Source: the human T2T-CHM13v2.0 reference genome, Homo sapiens. From it: a stretch of DNA of 64,000 bases. The stretch lies in assembly GCF_009914755.1 (NCBI RefSeq), contig NC_060936.1. One strand, written 5' to 3'. Positions within the stretch are counted from its first letter, which is position 1; each line of letters begins with the position of its first letter. Position numbers and translations under genes: made by a program. Below, one piece after another: positions 1 through 18,412 of this stretch. The notes under the pieces were generated by a model. That model saw only the letters and a program-made list of their open reading frames with translations. It did no database searches and was not told where the DNA came from.

Positions 1-298
<298 letters not shown>

Positions 299-660
299 TC
301 ATTCTTATTTGGGGCTTATATTCACACATAAGAAAGTTTACCGTTCTGTATATATTCAAGCTATCACCTCATAGGCCTAACCTGGCGCCTAGAGAAACCG
401 GGGCAGGGCTGTGTGTTCAGTTCTTGCAGGAATAGCTTAGTCTGATGATGTTTTATTGAGTTTTAATTTTAGTAGAACTTCAAAACCTGGAATAATCTAA
501 CCTAGAGGTTCTCAGCATTTTAACAACCAAGAACCCATGATACTCACCATGGGTGTCATGTTTTGAAGGTTTTCACCACAAAATCTACATTCATTAAAAG
601 CCCTATAATTTGTGCACACACACATACACACACACACCCTTTTCAACATTAACCAAAGCC

Positions 661-964
661 AGCCTGGCATGGCAGCTTACACCTGTAATCCCAGCACTTT
701 GGGAGGCCAAGGCAGGCAGATCACTTGAGCCCAGAAGTTCAAGACCAGCCTGGACAATATGGCAAAAGCCCATCTCTACAAAAAAATACCAAAAAAAAAA
801 TCAGTCACGTGTGATGGCACATACCTGTAGTCCCAGCTACCTGGGAAACTGAGATGGGAAGATCACCGGAGCCCAGAGGTCAAGGCTGCAGTGAGCCTTG
901 ATTGCACGCCACTGCACTCCAGTCTGAGCAACAGAGTGAGACCCTATATCGAAAAAAACAAAAA
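661..964 (+). mobile_element. AluJ
   Basis: Alu dimer; TSD ATTAACCAAAGCC on both sides. Confidence 0.9.
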
Positions 965-984
965 TTAACCAAAGCCATAATGGC

Positions 985-2277
<1,293 letters not shown>

Positions 2278-2520
2278 GCCATTTGTATATCTTTTTTGAA
2301 TAAATGTCTGTTCAGGTCCTTTGCTTGTTTTTGAATTCAGTTGTTTATTTTTCTTGTTGTTGAGTTGTATAGTTCTTTACATATTCTGGATATTAATCTC
2401 TTATCAGATTTTGCAAATTCTCCCATTCTGTAGGTTGTGTTTCCACTATCTTGACAGTATTCTTTGATGCACAAATGTTTTTAATTTTGCGGAAGTCCAA
2501 TTTATTTTTCTTTTGTTGCT
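2278..2520 (-). mobile_element. L1M ORF2/3' fragment
   Basis: GGCCATTTGTATATCTT...CTCCCATTCTGTAGGTTG, typical antisense L1. Confidence 0.8.
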
Positions 2521-2670
2521 GAGTTTCCTTATCTTTTTCAAACAGGACAATAATGCTATCTGATTCATAGGCTTGTTATGTTGATTAAATAAATTAATAC
2601 ATGTTAATACAGATAAAGGGATTGAGACAGAGCCTCCCACATAAGAAGAACTCCATAAATGTTAGCTATC
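2521..2670 (+). mobile_element. MIR
   Basis: GTTTCCTTATC...ATAAATGTTAGCTAT MIR core and 3' end. Confidence 0.65.
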
Positions 2671-3850
2671 ATCCAGGCTAAACTTACAGTATAAAACCCA
2701 GTGGTCAGCAGTATAAAATTAGGACATGTGACACAGAAGCCAGAGGAGGAAGGGGTTTAAAGAAGCACATGATCAACAGCACAAATCTTGCAAAGATGAT
2801 AAAAACAAGCAAACAAGCAAACTTAGACATGACACCTAAAAGTCAGACAGTGGTGTTCAGGTCAGACGCCAAATTATACTGGATGAAGAAATGTTGCTAG
2901 ACCCTTTCTGATCTCCAGAGCCAGATCTCCTGCTGTTTCAGCTCTTAGGGTGCTACAAAATGAGACAATCTGTTGGACTTTGCTGAGACATAGCAGAGAG
3001 AACACTAGATTTAACTGGGTTAAAGTGTCTGGTCTTTTACCACTTGATCTCTGTGGTCACCTCCCATAGCTCCAGTTCTCTCACTTATTGAGAACAATTA
3101 TTCCTATTTCACAAGGGCATTGACAGGTTACAGTGAAGAGTAAGCATAATAGTAAGTCATTAATTATTAAGATCAGTACATGGCTCCTTTCTGACTGCAT
3201 GCCTTGTTCTGTTATTCCAACACTGTTGGAATGAACACTGTTGTTCTTCCAGCACACCAGGTCCCACCAGCCACAGGCACCTGTGAGGTGGGACATTCCC
3301 ATTTTACAGATACTTGGCTTATAGGTTTGCAATAATAAAATGAGATTAATACACATCAAATGCTGGCAACAATATTGGCGGCAGTTTTATTCTCATGGAA
3401 AGTTCTTGCCTGATTTTTAGTAGTGCTTTTCTCTTCAGGTCCAATTTCTGGGCCACTGTATTCCTCATAGCTTGCGATGTTCACCAACTTACCCAACCTC
3501 AGTGTTGCCATAAGAAGCAAGTGCTTATATATTATCATTGAACGTATCAATGGAGCTTTTTGTTCCCTCTGCTTTGGTTGCAGATATGAGAACGCACATT
3601 AAGTGGGTTATGAGTGTTCTGTTTGAGGATTTCATCTACTGGTGAATAAACAAAACATGGTGCTCTTGCTGGGTTCCTACAGCTACCAAAGCAAAGATGT
3701 CTTCGGTAGAGTAACTATGTCCGGTCCTGATCACTTTCGCCCTTGCAAGCCACATTTCAGAGCAGGATGTAAGTCATGTTTATTTAGTCTGGTTTTTACC
3801 CTGTTGTCTGGTTCCTGTTTATTCTTTTTTTAAGGTTTACATTTATTTTC

Positions 3851-4159
3851 TCTTTCTTTTCCTTTTTTTTTTTTTTTTTTACAAAGTCTCACTGTCACTT
3901 AGCCTGGAGTGCAGTGGCACAATCTCAGTTCACTGCAGCCTCAACCTTCCTGGGCTCAGGTGATCCTCCCACCTCAGCCTCCCAAGTAACTGGGACCACA
4001 GTCATGTGCCACCAGGCCCTGCTAATTTTTGTATTTTTTTGTAGAGATGGGGTTTCGCCATATTGCCCAGGCTGGTCTCAAACTCCTGGGCTCAAGCGAT
4101 TTGCCTACCGCAGTCTCCCAAAATGCCAGGATTACAGACATGAGCCACCGCACCTGGCC
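3851..4159 (-). mobile_element. AluJ
   Basis: Antisense Alu with poly-T. Confidence 0.9.
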
Positions 4160-4496
4160 TATATTTGTTTTTGATTTATTACATATTCTAAGATACCTTA
4201 GGAATGAATAGATTTTGAAAATAGAGTAGGAAATTCTATAGAGAATACCTGAATGGTTTAGAAAAGCCAAAAGCGCTATTATGATTTTATAATATTTTGT
4301 TTATTAATAATGTATGGTAACAAATAGAATATTTAATTCAACATGCATTTATGGAATGACCTTCCTTGTACTAGACATACATTCACAGACATGCTCACAT
4401 ACATGCATGGGAATCCTAATTACCACTTCAGGCAACATAACAATTCCCCTGTTCACATTTAGTTTAATCACAGGACCCCTAAAAGAAGTTAATCAA

Positions 4497-4796
<300 letters not shown>

Positions 4797-5503
4797 TCAA
4801 GTGGGCAATTTATTTCTCTGTGTTGTTCCCTTACATATTAAAACTATTCAGCTCATTTCTTTGGAATCACTCCCCCATGCCGCCATCCTCAATGTTTAAA
4901 TTCCTTATTACTCATCAGGTTAATGTGAGAATCCTATTGCAAAAGCACTGTGTAAACTGAAAAGGTTTTCTTTTTATCTGGTTGGGGGATCCAGTCTGGC
5001 CTACTTTATCTAGTTGACTGCAGTGAGAGGTTAAATGTTTAAACCCTACCAGTTACACCATTGTTCCAGGAATTGAATTGAATGGAATTAAAAGACTTTT
5101 CCAAACAACTCAAACCAAGCAAACACTCCCTGATTTGTTCTCTCAAACAAAATATATTAGCCTGTGGCGACTAAATATTGACCTAATGACTAAATGAAAG
5201 CAAACAGATTCTATAATGCTCTGAAGTACTCACCACTCAACCTCAGTGAAACTCAATGAAACTTCCCAAGAAGCTTCCAGAGAGCAACTCTTTCAGTTAA
5301 GTAGGGACTGGAAAAGGTGCATGTCTTTAAGTAGAGAGAGTAGAGACCTCGAAAACACTCCCCCCTGAGAATCCTAAAAGTCTCATTTATATAAAAACAA
5401 ACAGGAGACAACTCCCCACCCTATCTACCTGTGTGATATCCTATTTTAAAAAATAGACCAGGGGCTCAACATTGCTAATGGACCCATTTAACCCCCCATT
5501 TCT

Positions 5504-5509
5504 ACACAC

Positions 5510-5543
<34 letters not shown>
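5504..5543. repeat. (CA)n microsatellite
   Basis: Direct reading. Confidence 0.95.
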
Positions 5544-5635
5544 CATCCTCACTACATTTACCACCATCATCACTAGTCAAAGTCGTAAAGATTGAGCTCC
5601 ATATGTGAGTGTGACGCCCATTCCCTCAAAATACT

Positions 5636-5912
5636 ATCAGCCCTTAGTATCTAAGGTTCCACATTCATGGATTCAACAAACTGCAGATGGAAAATATTTG
5701 GAAAAAAAAGAACAATCAATAATAAGTAATAATACAAATAAAAATGCAATACAACTATTTACATGACATTTACATTGTGTTAGGTATTATAAGTAATCTA
5801 GAGATTATTTAAAGTATATGGGAGAATGTGTGTAGGCATATGCAAATACTATGCCATTTTATATCAGAGACTTGAGCATCCTCAGATTTTAGTATTCTTG
5901 GGGGTTTCTGGA
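5636..5912 (+). mobile_element. MER2 (TcMar-Tigger)
   Basis: TTAGGTATTATAAGTAATCTAGAGA...GACTTGAGCATCC matches MER2. Confidence 0.8.
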
Positions 5913-6002
5913 AGCCCAGACTACACCACTATGCAATATAGGTATGCAAGAAATATGCACTTGTGCACCCTAAATATACAAAAATTTTTAAAAATTAAAA
6001 AT
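5913..6002 (+). mobile_element. L1PB/L1MA 3'-end fragment
   Basis: AGCCCAGACTACACCACTATGCAATATA...GCACTTGTGCACCCTAAA followed by A-rich tail. Confidence 0.65.
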
Positions 6003-6110
6003 GGCTACTAAACTAGGTTAACTTTTAAAGCACAGAGCCATTACAGCTGTCACATAAAGGATAAGGAACAGCTGTGCACTGGGAATTCCTGATCTTAAAA
6101 TAACTATCAT

Positions 6111-6468
<358 letters not shown>

Positions 6469-7065
6469 TCAGTCTACGAAAAGCTTTTTCTTAAGGCTCC
6501 AAGTAGAAGACATGTAAGCCTCTGTTCAAACATGCCTCTAAAAGCAGAAACTGGAAATGGGACTACAGGGTGACTGGCTGCTCACATACCATGTTTGGCT
6601 GGTGGGATTTGGTGAGGGAAGTTACTAAGTATATCCACATTAAGAGAGGACTTCCATTTCCCTTCTCTCTGTGACCATCCAGCCCCCCTTTAACACTGTG
6701 ACCATTCCCCAAAGCTCAGCATGATGAAATCTCTGTTTCTTACCAGTAACTTTGACCCCTAAGTTCTTAAACTTGTTTTGATAACCACATCCCTGTTGAC
6801 TTGCCATACAGTCACAGAAAAACCTCTCAATGCAGCTTTATAAGATAGGCCTCCTTGCCAAGGAGAACCTGCATTCTAATTCCTCAGATTCAAACCAGAC
6901 ATGCCCAAACCACCTGCTTCTAGATATTTGTACTGGTCTCCATGGTACCAGACTCACATACTTAGAGTGAACTTTGAAGAGTTCAAAGCCACACTGAAGG
7001 AGGTACTAGACTTGGAAAGAAAACAGAATGAAAAATTCAATTATTTGTAATTGTCTAATTATTAG

Positions 7066-7401
<336 letters not shown>

Positions 7402-7613
7402 AGATTAATTCTTTTCTTAAACTCCATGCAGTATTTATTTTGTTTTTTAGAGGAGAACTAGGGGCCCATAAAAATAGCTATAAGTATTTATGTTTCTGTG
7501 GCCCATCTTGTACGGCTCTCACTGGGTAAGGTGTTAAAAGTGAAACTGCTGTTTAGCTTTCAAGCATATTCTGTTTGTGTGAATTCTCCCTGTCCTAAGC
7601 TTCAATTACTTGA

Positions 7614-7892
<279 letters not shown>

Positions 7893-8059
7893 CATTTCCT
7901 TGATTTTTCTAGCCACTCTCTCTGTTATCATGCAGGAAAAAGTGGAGAAAAGGTAATTTACTTAGAAGAATAAAGAGCAATCAATTTCACTCTCAATACT
8001 TTCCCCTGTAAAAGCCCTAATGGAAGTGTCACCCAACCTTCCTAACTAGCAGTGTTATA

Positions 8060-8127
8060 TTAGGTTGCCGCAAAAGTAATTGCAGTTTTTACCATTAAAA
8101 GTATGCAATTACTTTGCACCAACCTAA
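8060..8127. mobile_element. MADE1 (Hsmar1 MITE), internally shortened
   Basis: TTAGGTTGCCGCAAAAGTAATTGC...GCAATTACTTTGCACCAACCTAA inverted repeats with TA TSDs at 8058-8059 and 8128-8129. Confidence 0.92.
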
Positions 8128-8339
8128 TAGGAAGCAAACTTTCAAAGTCATTGATCTCTCAACAGCTATGCCTTTCTATTCATGTTACACTATGGAATTA
8201 GGATAGGCACCTATGAAGACTTTTCCAAACTAGAGCTCATGGCTAAACACGTGATTTTGCATGTGATTGCACAGGTGAGTCAAATCAGGCTCACATTATA
8301 TCTCACTTTATCAGTGAGGCCAATCAGACTTTATCTCTT

Positions 8340-8615
8340 ATGGGCTGCATCTGAAGCAGAAACTTTCCAAGATAGACAACATGAAAAGTTGATGCCATCT
8401 GGAAGCAGCGCCCTGGAAAGAAGGGTGCAGAGTGTCTGCTGCTGAGATTATTGAGGCTGCCCTGGCTCCCGCCTCTCCCAGGGTTTTACCAAGGAGCTGA
8501 TGAAGGCTGTCTTTGACTCTGTAAATTGCCCTAAATCCTTTAAACCAACACCCCACTTAGGTTAATCAGAATTGGTTCCTGTTGCTTGCAACTAAAGATC
8601 TTTGGTTGATTAAGA
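8340..8615 (+). mobile_element. Old MaLR LTR fragment (MLT1-like)
   Basis: 3' end TTCCTGTTGCTTGCAACTAAAGA typical of MLT1. Confidence 0.5.
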
Positions 8616-8984
8616 AACAAAACACAGACCTGCATGCCTGTTAAGTGGAGTGGAGGATAACACTAGGAGGAAGAATGTCAATTTTTTTTGTCACTACCTC
8701 TTCCTTGTTGTTCAATGTATTTATAATTAGAAGGTACATTTAGAAATTCAAAAAGGAAGGAAACCTTTGAGCTTTGATACAGAATAATTTATTCGGGAAC
8801 ATTTGCTGGCTGAGCCAAACAGATTTCTAGTTTGTGTGCTATTTGTACAGCTCCATGAAAATCAGTTCACTTCCTCTACAGCAAAAATAATTTTTATGAC
8901 ACTCTTAACCTTGATGTCTGACTACATCCTTCTTGTTATTTTTTTTTTTTTTTTTTGAGGGAGCATTGGGGATGAGGTCCTTTT

Positions 8985-9270
8985 TTTTCAACCTTTTAAA
9001 AATTCAAATTCAGTGGTTTTTACTATATTCACAAGGTTGTACAACCATTACTACTATCTACTTCAAGAACATTCTCATCCCCCTAAAATAAACCCCATAT
9101 CCACTAGGAGTCACTTCCCATTTTCCCCTCACTCCAGCATCTGGAAGCCACTAATCTAGTGTCAGTCCCTATAGATTTGCCTATTCTGAACATTTCATAT
9201 ACATGAAATCATACAATTTGTGGCCTTTTGCGTCTGTTTTCACTTTGCATGATGTTTTCAAGATTCTTCA
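8985..9270 (-). mobile_element. L1MB 3' fragment
   Basis: ATATTCACAAGGTTGTACAACCAT...ATAGATTTGCCTATTCTG. Confidence 0.8.
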
Positions 9271-9297
9271 AGAGGGCTTTTAAAAATATAGCCCTTA

Positions 9298-9605
<308 letters not shown>

Positions 9606-9682
9606 TTAGTCAGGCTCTCATCAAATACAAAATTCATCTCAATAACTTTCTCTGTATATATGTAGAGACACTCCTGGAATCA

Positions 9683-9846
9683 TTTTCCCTTTAAGATCTT
9701 ATGAAGATTTATGATTTTGAACTCTAATGACTTGTGGATATATTCATGAGGACGGAAGGAAGGGTTTTTCCCTTTAAGATCTTATGAGAATTTATGATTT
9801 TGAAATCTAATGACTTGTGGATATATTCATGAGAAAGGAAGGAAGG
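9683..9846. repeat. 83-bp direct tandem duplication
   Basis: TTTTCCCTTTAAGATCTTATGA...CTAATGACTTGTGGATATATTCATGAG present twice, starting at 9683 and 9766. Confidence 0.93.
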
Positions 9847-9935
9847 GAGGAAGGAAGGAAGGAAGGGAAGGAGGGAGGAAGGAAAGGAAGAAAGAAAGGA
9901 AAGAAGGAAGAAGGATGGAAGCAAAAAAAAGAAAA
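9834..9935. repeat. GGAA/GA-rich low-complexity tract
   Basis: Direct reading. Confidence 0.9.
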
Positions 9936-11112
9936 ATTTTTATAGGATAAAAACAAGGCCTAGAACCTTCTAAGGAACACCTTGGGGTCACCCTTTTCTG
10001 CTGCCCCTCTTTCTCACTATCCCTCTTTTTCCTTATCTTTATTTTTATTAGACCATTGATCACTCCCAACATAGTATTTATTCAGATATGTTGACTCAAG
10101 TCCTTGGAACACCTCCAAGTGGAACAGTCCAGTATGCCTTTGGGTATATGGGCCCAAGGCACAGGGGGATGTCTGAGCTGGTGGTGGACATTTGGGTGTC
10201 ACCAGCATAAAGAACTAGTCACTGAAGCTGCAGGAAACTGTGGACAGTTTGAAGAGGACTCATGGCAGGCAGGACACTGAGGCATGTGACATCCAGGAGG
10301 GGCATTCCTCAACCAGGAATGCTCTCTTAAATATCTTGACCCCTTCATGATCCAGATCAAAAGAATTAGTTTTCCCATTTGCAATTCATCCTTCCTTTTT
10401 CTGGTTTTTGGAGGACACAACATTCTAAGCCCTGTGTTCTTTAATTTAACACTGACTATAAATTATTATTGAAGCAAGCCACAGCAGTTTAACAGCAGAC
10501 CTGAGTATTTATCAAGACAAATACTCAACAACCCAATACATCTTAGACAGATTTAAGAAAAAGGATGATAAGTGTTACATATAAGCTACCATAAAGTGTA
10601 CACTTATTCTGTAGCTTGTCAGTTTAAAGGTGTCTTTCTCAGATTGTTTGCTAAGGAGGGCAAAGAACTTTCTGATGATATAGAAAGATTTGTTGTAATG
10701 GTTCCAAGTCAACAAGATGGTTGACTTCTATCCACGAGACCATAAATATTTGTAATTAGAAACTGCATTTGTTAAGATGATATTTGTTTACTTAAAGTTA
10801 TAAACTATATTTGCATAAGAGGTTGATTTTTACCCACCAAGCTTGAAATAATTAACTTCATCGACTTTATTCTGTAGCTTCTCTAGACTCTAGAGAAGCC
10901 TAGGGGATGTGGGGGGGAGAAAAAATAAACAAACTGGTGCCTAAGGTTTTTTTCCAACCAGAAAGCATCTAGATATTTTGTCTGGATTTCTTCCTACAGG
11001 CTTGTATTTTAATAAGCCTGGCAACTCTAGCACTCTAGCAATTATTTCTGGAATATTATTTCTGGAAATAATTGCGTCAGTTTTTCTTCATCACTTGCCT
11101 AAGAAACGTGTC

Positions 11113-11411
11113 TTTTTTTTTTTTCTTGAGATGGAGTCTCACTCTGTCGCCTAGGCTGGAGTGCAGTGGTGCAATCTTGGCTCAATGCCACCTCCGCCTC
11201 CTGAGTTGAAGCGAAGTTCTCCTGCCTTAGCCTCCTGAGTAGCTGGGACTACTGGTGCCTGCCACCACACCTGGCTAATATTTGTATTTTCAGTAGAGAC
11301 AGGGTTTTGCCATGTTGGCCAGGCTGATCTTGAACTCCTGATCTCAAGTGATCCGCCCACCTCGGCCTCCCAAAGTGCTAGGATTACAGGCACAAGTCAC
11401 CACGCCTGACC
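11113..11411 (-). mobile_element. AluS
   Basis: Antisense Alu. Confidence 0.9.
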
Positions 11412-11519
11412 AAGAAATGTATCTTTTCCAAAGTGTTCAACCAGCAACTGGGAGCTCAGTAGTAATCCCCTGATATGGCTGCAGCTCTGCCCTTAGAAAA
11501 GGCATTTTTCTGATTGACT

Positions 11520-11670
11520 GTTAGAATTAGAGGGATACCTAGAGATCATTTAATCCAGGCTCCCTTGATTTACAGATAAAGAGACTAAGGACCAGAAAGG
11601 TAAAGTATCTGTGGTCTCCCAACAAGTCAGAGGTTGACCAGGACTAGGATCAAGGTTTGCTGCTTTTCCT
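11520..11670 (-). mobile_element. MIR/MIR3
   Basis: CCTAGAGATCAT...TTTACAGATAAAGAGACTAAGG core. Confidence 0.6.
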
Positions 11671-11699
11671 ACACTGCCTCTCTTTTCTATTGTTTTTGA

Positions 11700-12295
11700 A
11701 ATCTTTCTATATTGTGATGAATATATGTATCATAAAATTGACCATTTTAGCCATTTTTAACTGTACAGTTCAGTGACATTAAGTACATTCACATTGTTGT
11801 ACAACCATCGGCACCATCCACCTTCAGAACTTTTTCATTATTCTAAACTCCCAGAGTCACTGTTTAATAACTCCCCGTGCTCCCTCCCCTATCCCTGGGA
11901 ACCACTGTTTTGTTTTTTGTGACTATTCTAGGTACCTTATGTAAGTGGAATCATATAATATTTGTCCTTTTGTGTGTCTCATTTCACTTAGCATTGTCTT
12001 CAAGGTTTATCTGTGTTGTTGAATGTGTCAGAGGTTCATTCCCTTTTAAAACTGAACAATATTCCACTGTCTACATACACACACACACACCCACCCACAC
12101 ACACACACACACCACATTTGTTTATCCCTTCATCTGTTAATGGAAACTTCAGTTGTTTCCACCTCTTGGCTGTGTGAATGATGCTGCTATGAAATAATTA
12201 TCTGTTTGGGTATATAACCATATGTGGAATTGCCAGATCATTGAGGAAATGCCATACTGTTTTCCATAGGGGCTGTACCATTTTACATTCCTGCT
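11700..12295 (-). mobile_element. L1MA/MB 3' fragment
   Basis: TTAAGTACATTCACATTGTTGTACAACCATC...CCATTTTACATTCC. Confidence 0.8.
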
Positions 12296-12299
12296 CCTT

Positions 12300-12432
12300 G
12301 TTATTACTATTATTATTTTGTGGAGACGGAATCTTGCTATGTTGCTGGGCTTGAAATCCTAGGCTCAAGTGATTCTCTCACTTCGGCCTCCCAAAGCTCT
12401 GGGATTACAGGCGTAAACCACTGCACCAGGCC
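12300..12432 (-). mobile_element. FLAM (Alu monomer)
   Basis: Left-arm monomer, antisense. Confidence 0.8.
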
Positions 12433-12772
12433 TACTCATTCTTTATTTATTTATTTATTTATTTATTTATTTGATGTGCAGTAACATTTAGAAAGAGGAT
12501 TGGATTGAAATTTGTCAACCCCAACCTCAGGACTGATTAGCTATATAATCTTGGGTAAGCCAATTCACTCCTCAGACTCAACCTCCCCAGTCAGGACGAG
12601 AGAAATGCTTTGCTGACCTCACAAAACTGTTATAAATGTGATATACATACAAGATGAAATACACCAAATGCTTTATAAATTAAAACAGGTTCTTTGATGT
12701 AAATTATTATTAGCCATTTATACTAAATTCAAGTCAAATCCAACTCTAAAGGAGAAAACTCTGAGGTATTAG

Positions 12773-13126
<354 letters not shown>

Positions 13127-13752
13127 CAAGACTTTGAACTAAAGGTCTTTTTTTCTAAAACCTAGGCAGTTGGACCTTAAATAAAGAATGCTGTTCCTAA
13201 GCACAAGCACTAAGTTACAGTCAGCTTGGGGGAGGTTGAGAAAAGGGCAAAATGGCACATTTGAAAGCAGCAGTGGCTGGGGTCTGCCAGCTGCTTCAGC
13301 CTGAAGCTCTGTAATTCAGTGTTTTATCAGAAACATTTAGAACTGTGTTCACAATCCTCTATAAACACGTCATCCCTATGACAATGTGGCTTATCCCTTT
13401 GATTGATGATAACAGTTGCTGAAATATGTCCAACAAATTTCTTCATCTGAACTTAAATTACAGGCTTAGTTTTACTTCTGTAGATTAAACAGTAGCCTCT
13501 CAAATAGGAAATAAAAACTCCATGCTCACTTTTGAAAAAAGTTAGGGATACCTGTTTTATTAAATTCATTCTTCATCACAAAGCAACTAGACAAATATTG
13601 ATTTTGTAGTTACTGTAAAGGATTGAACAAAAATATGAAGAGCAGAGTTTCTACTCAAATGTGATCAAAGTCAACACTGAGGATCTCACGAGATTAAAAC
13701 AATGCTACTAACCTGGATAAGGTGGCATCCCCCGAAAGACTATTTTCTTACC

Positions 13753-13846
13753 CTTTTTTGTTTGTTTGACAGAGTCTTGCTCTATCACTCGGCTGGAGTG
13801 CAGGGATGCAATCACAGCTCACTGCAGCCTCAAACTCCTGGGCTCA
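13753..13846 (-). mobile_element. Truncated AluJ/FRAM fragment
   Basis: Right-arm 3' part only. Confidence 0.75.
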
Positions 13847-13913
13847 TTTTTTTCTTACCTCACATGCACTTATATTTCTTCAGGCAACTCTTTTCTGCAT
13901 CTATCCTAAGTAG

Positions 13914-14228
<315 letters not shown>

Positions 14229-14711
14229 AGTAGTATCCCATTTTTAAAGACACCAAAGGCCTATGGTGTTTTTATGACGTGATGCTGAGCTCCTTAACTA
14301 TTAAACAAAAAAGGCTATTGGACCTAGAGAGTGTGTATATGGTCTTATTGGCCAGGAAAGCGACTTTCTTCCTAGGCTCCAAAACTCTATGGTAGGGACA
14401 GCGAAGCAAAATCAGTGTTTTGTGCATCTGGTACTAAGGAGGGGAAAGGAGATGTTCAGGATCATAAGGTCAAGGGGAGACTGAAGAATAGGGGAAGAGG
14501 GTGAACCCTGGGAAGAAAAGTAATTGCCAAGAAAAAAGGGGCCCAGAGAATAGAAGGAAGGCACCCCCTCAGGGTAGGAATTTCTTCTGCGATATCTCCT
14601 TTAAAAATTATATTCTAGCCTCTGGAAAAAAGAGCTCACTGCTTTATAAGGCTATTCATTCCAACATTTGGACAACTCTAATTTTTTAAACATTCTTCTT
14701 TAAAATATTTT

Positions 14712-15245
<534 letters not shown>

Positions 15246-15953
15246 AGTAATTTAATATCCAGCAACACATGATGTGTTAAATAATAAATTATGGGATATC
15301 CACATAATGGAATATTATGCAGCCCACACAATTGATGCTACTATGAAAGAATGTAGTAACAATACTTAGTGATATAAGGACTTCCCTATAATATGCTTAT
15401 AATATGTTGTTCTATGTACTCCAGAATCCTAATTTGGCATGTGTATATGTGTATGTGTGTGTGTCTATAAATATTGGGAGGTTCTACAAGCACCACCTCA
15501 GAGATACTGCAGGTTTGGTTCTAGACCACTGCAATAAAGCAAATATCACAATAAAATGAGTCACAGATTTTTCTTGGTTTTCCAGTGAATATAAAAGTTA
15601 TGCTAATACTATATTGTAGGCTATAAAGAGTGCAATAATAGCATTGTCTAAAAAAGGTACATACCTTAAATAAAAAATACTTTATTGCTAAAAAGTGCTA
15701 AGGATCATCTGAGCTTTCAGTGAGTCATAATCTCTTTGCTGGTGGAGGGTCTTGCCTTGATGTTGATGGCTGCTGACTAATCAGGGTGGTGGTTGCTGAA
15801 GGCTGTGACTGTGGCAATTTTTAAAAATAAGACAACAATGAAGTTTACTGCATTGATTGACTCTTCCTTTCATGAAAGATTTTTCTGTGGCCTGCAATGC
15901 TGTTTGATAGCATTTTCCTTAGAGTATACCTTCTTTCAAAATCAGAGTCAATT

Positions 15954-16600
<647 letters not shown>

Positions 16601-16810
16601 AGGAGTCAATCCTGTCCAACCCTGCTGCTGCTTTATCAACTAAGGTTATATAAAATGCCAATCCTTTGTGTCATTTCAGCAATGTTCACAGCATCTTCAC
16701 CAGAAGTAGATTCCATCTCAAGAAACCACTTTCTTTGCTGATTTATAAGAAGCAACTCCTCATCCATTCAAGTTTTATGAGATTGCAGCAATGCACATCT
16801 TTAGGCTCCA

Positions 16811-17135
<325 letters not shown>

Positions 17136-17465
17136 AGGCTCCACTTCTAAATCAAGTGTCACTTCTAAATCTAGGTCTCAACTGTGAGTTTAAAATATTT
17201 AGTAAACCATGGTAGAAACAGATGTGCTGTCATCTAGGCTTTGTTGTTCTATATAGAGCGCAGGCAGAGTAGATTTAGCATAATTCTAAAGGGCTCTAGA
17301 ATTTTTGGAATGGTAAATGAGCACTGGCTTCAACTTAAAGTCCCTAGCTGCACTAGCCCTTAACAATAGAGTCAGCCTGTCTTTTGAAGCTTAGAAGCCA
17401 AGCATTGACTTCTCTACAGCTACAAAAGTCCTAGCTGGCATCTTCTTCCAATACAAGGCTGTTTC

Positions 17466-18412
17466 TGTACAGGATTCCTAACGTATGGTAAGTAAAGATG
17501 TCACTTTCTAACAGGCCCAGAAGCCCCAAGCTATCTTGGGACCTCAAGAGGAGAGGAATTTACTCAACTCCTAGGTATTTGAGGATACAAACCCATGGCT
17601 GGGCTCAGCTTTAAAAAGGTCTTATCTGAGATTCCTTATGGAACAGAGTTCCATCAACGCCAACTTTAAAATCCTATATGAAAAAAAAATTATTCTTGCT
17701 GTACTTTATACAAATAATCAGGCCAAGTATAATAAAGCAAATCAGTCTTACCATGATTTGTCTTTAGTAAAAATGGGAGACTGGAGAGAGAAAAAATTAA
17801 TGTTTCAAGAACTATGGTACACCTGATATTAGATTCTAGTCTCATTGGTTGTTTTTGAGGGGTTTTTTCCACTGCAATTTAGGCTAACTTTGCTTATTCC
17901 TGTGAACCAATCAGTGATCTCCAACTGCAGCTCAGAAGAAACCAGAGGGATGGGTAGTATAAAAAATCTAGATCAATATTCTAATTCTGGGCACATACTG
18001 GAATCAACTAGCGACCCCATATCAGCTTGGTTCCAGCAGTTGCCCAGTTCATAGAAAGCCTTCTTATTTAGTTTACTCAGGATAATTTTACTTATTTTGC
18101 TTTACTCTTGTGGAATATATTGCTATTGTACTCTTTGTATAGGAATGAGGAATAAACTTACTCAACGTTTACCTAAATTGAACATTTATTAATCTTCCAG
18201 ATATCACGTTTGGTCAGAACTCAAAGTTATGAATGGACCTCAACATACTAATGCTTTTGACTGAGCTCCTCTCTACCCTGAATGCAAGAGACCCAGTAGT
18301 TAGGCAGGAATATCATTGCGCCTATTCAGCTTGAATAAGTTATAGAAGATGGATCTTCATCCCTCTGCAACCCTTAGGATTAAAGTTTCTCTTATAAAAG
18401 AGAGGGGGGAAA
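17466..18412 (+). mobile_element. ERV1 internal 3' segment (MER41-int/MER4-group) ending in polypurine tract
   Basis: MER4-group internal motifs; PPT AAAAGAGAGGGGGGAAA directly precedes the LTR TG. Confidence 0.8.

Noticed and set aside
3356-3660. Small minus ORF and plus-strand acceptor-like pyrimidine tracts
   Set aside because: No recognisable homology or matching exon structure
9834-9920. EWS-FLI1-responsive GGAA microsatellite
   Set aside because: At most about 4 consecutive GGAA units, interrupted
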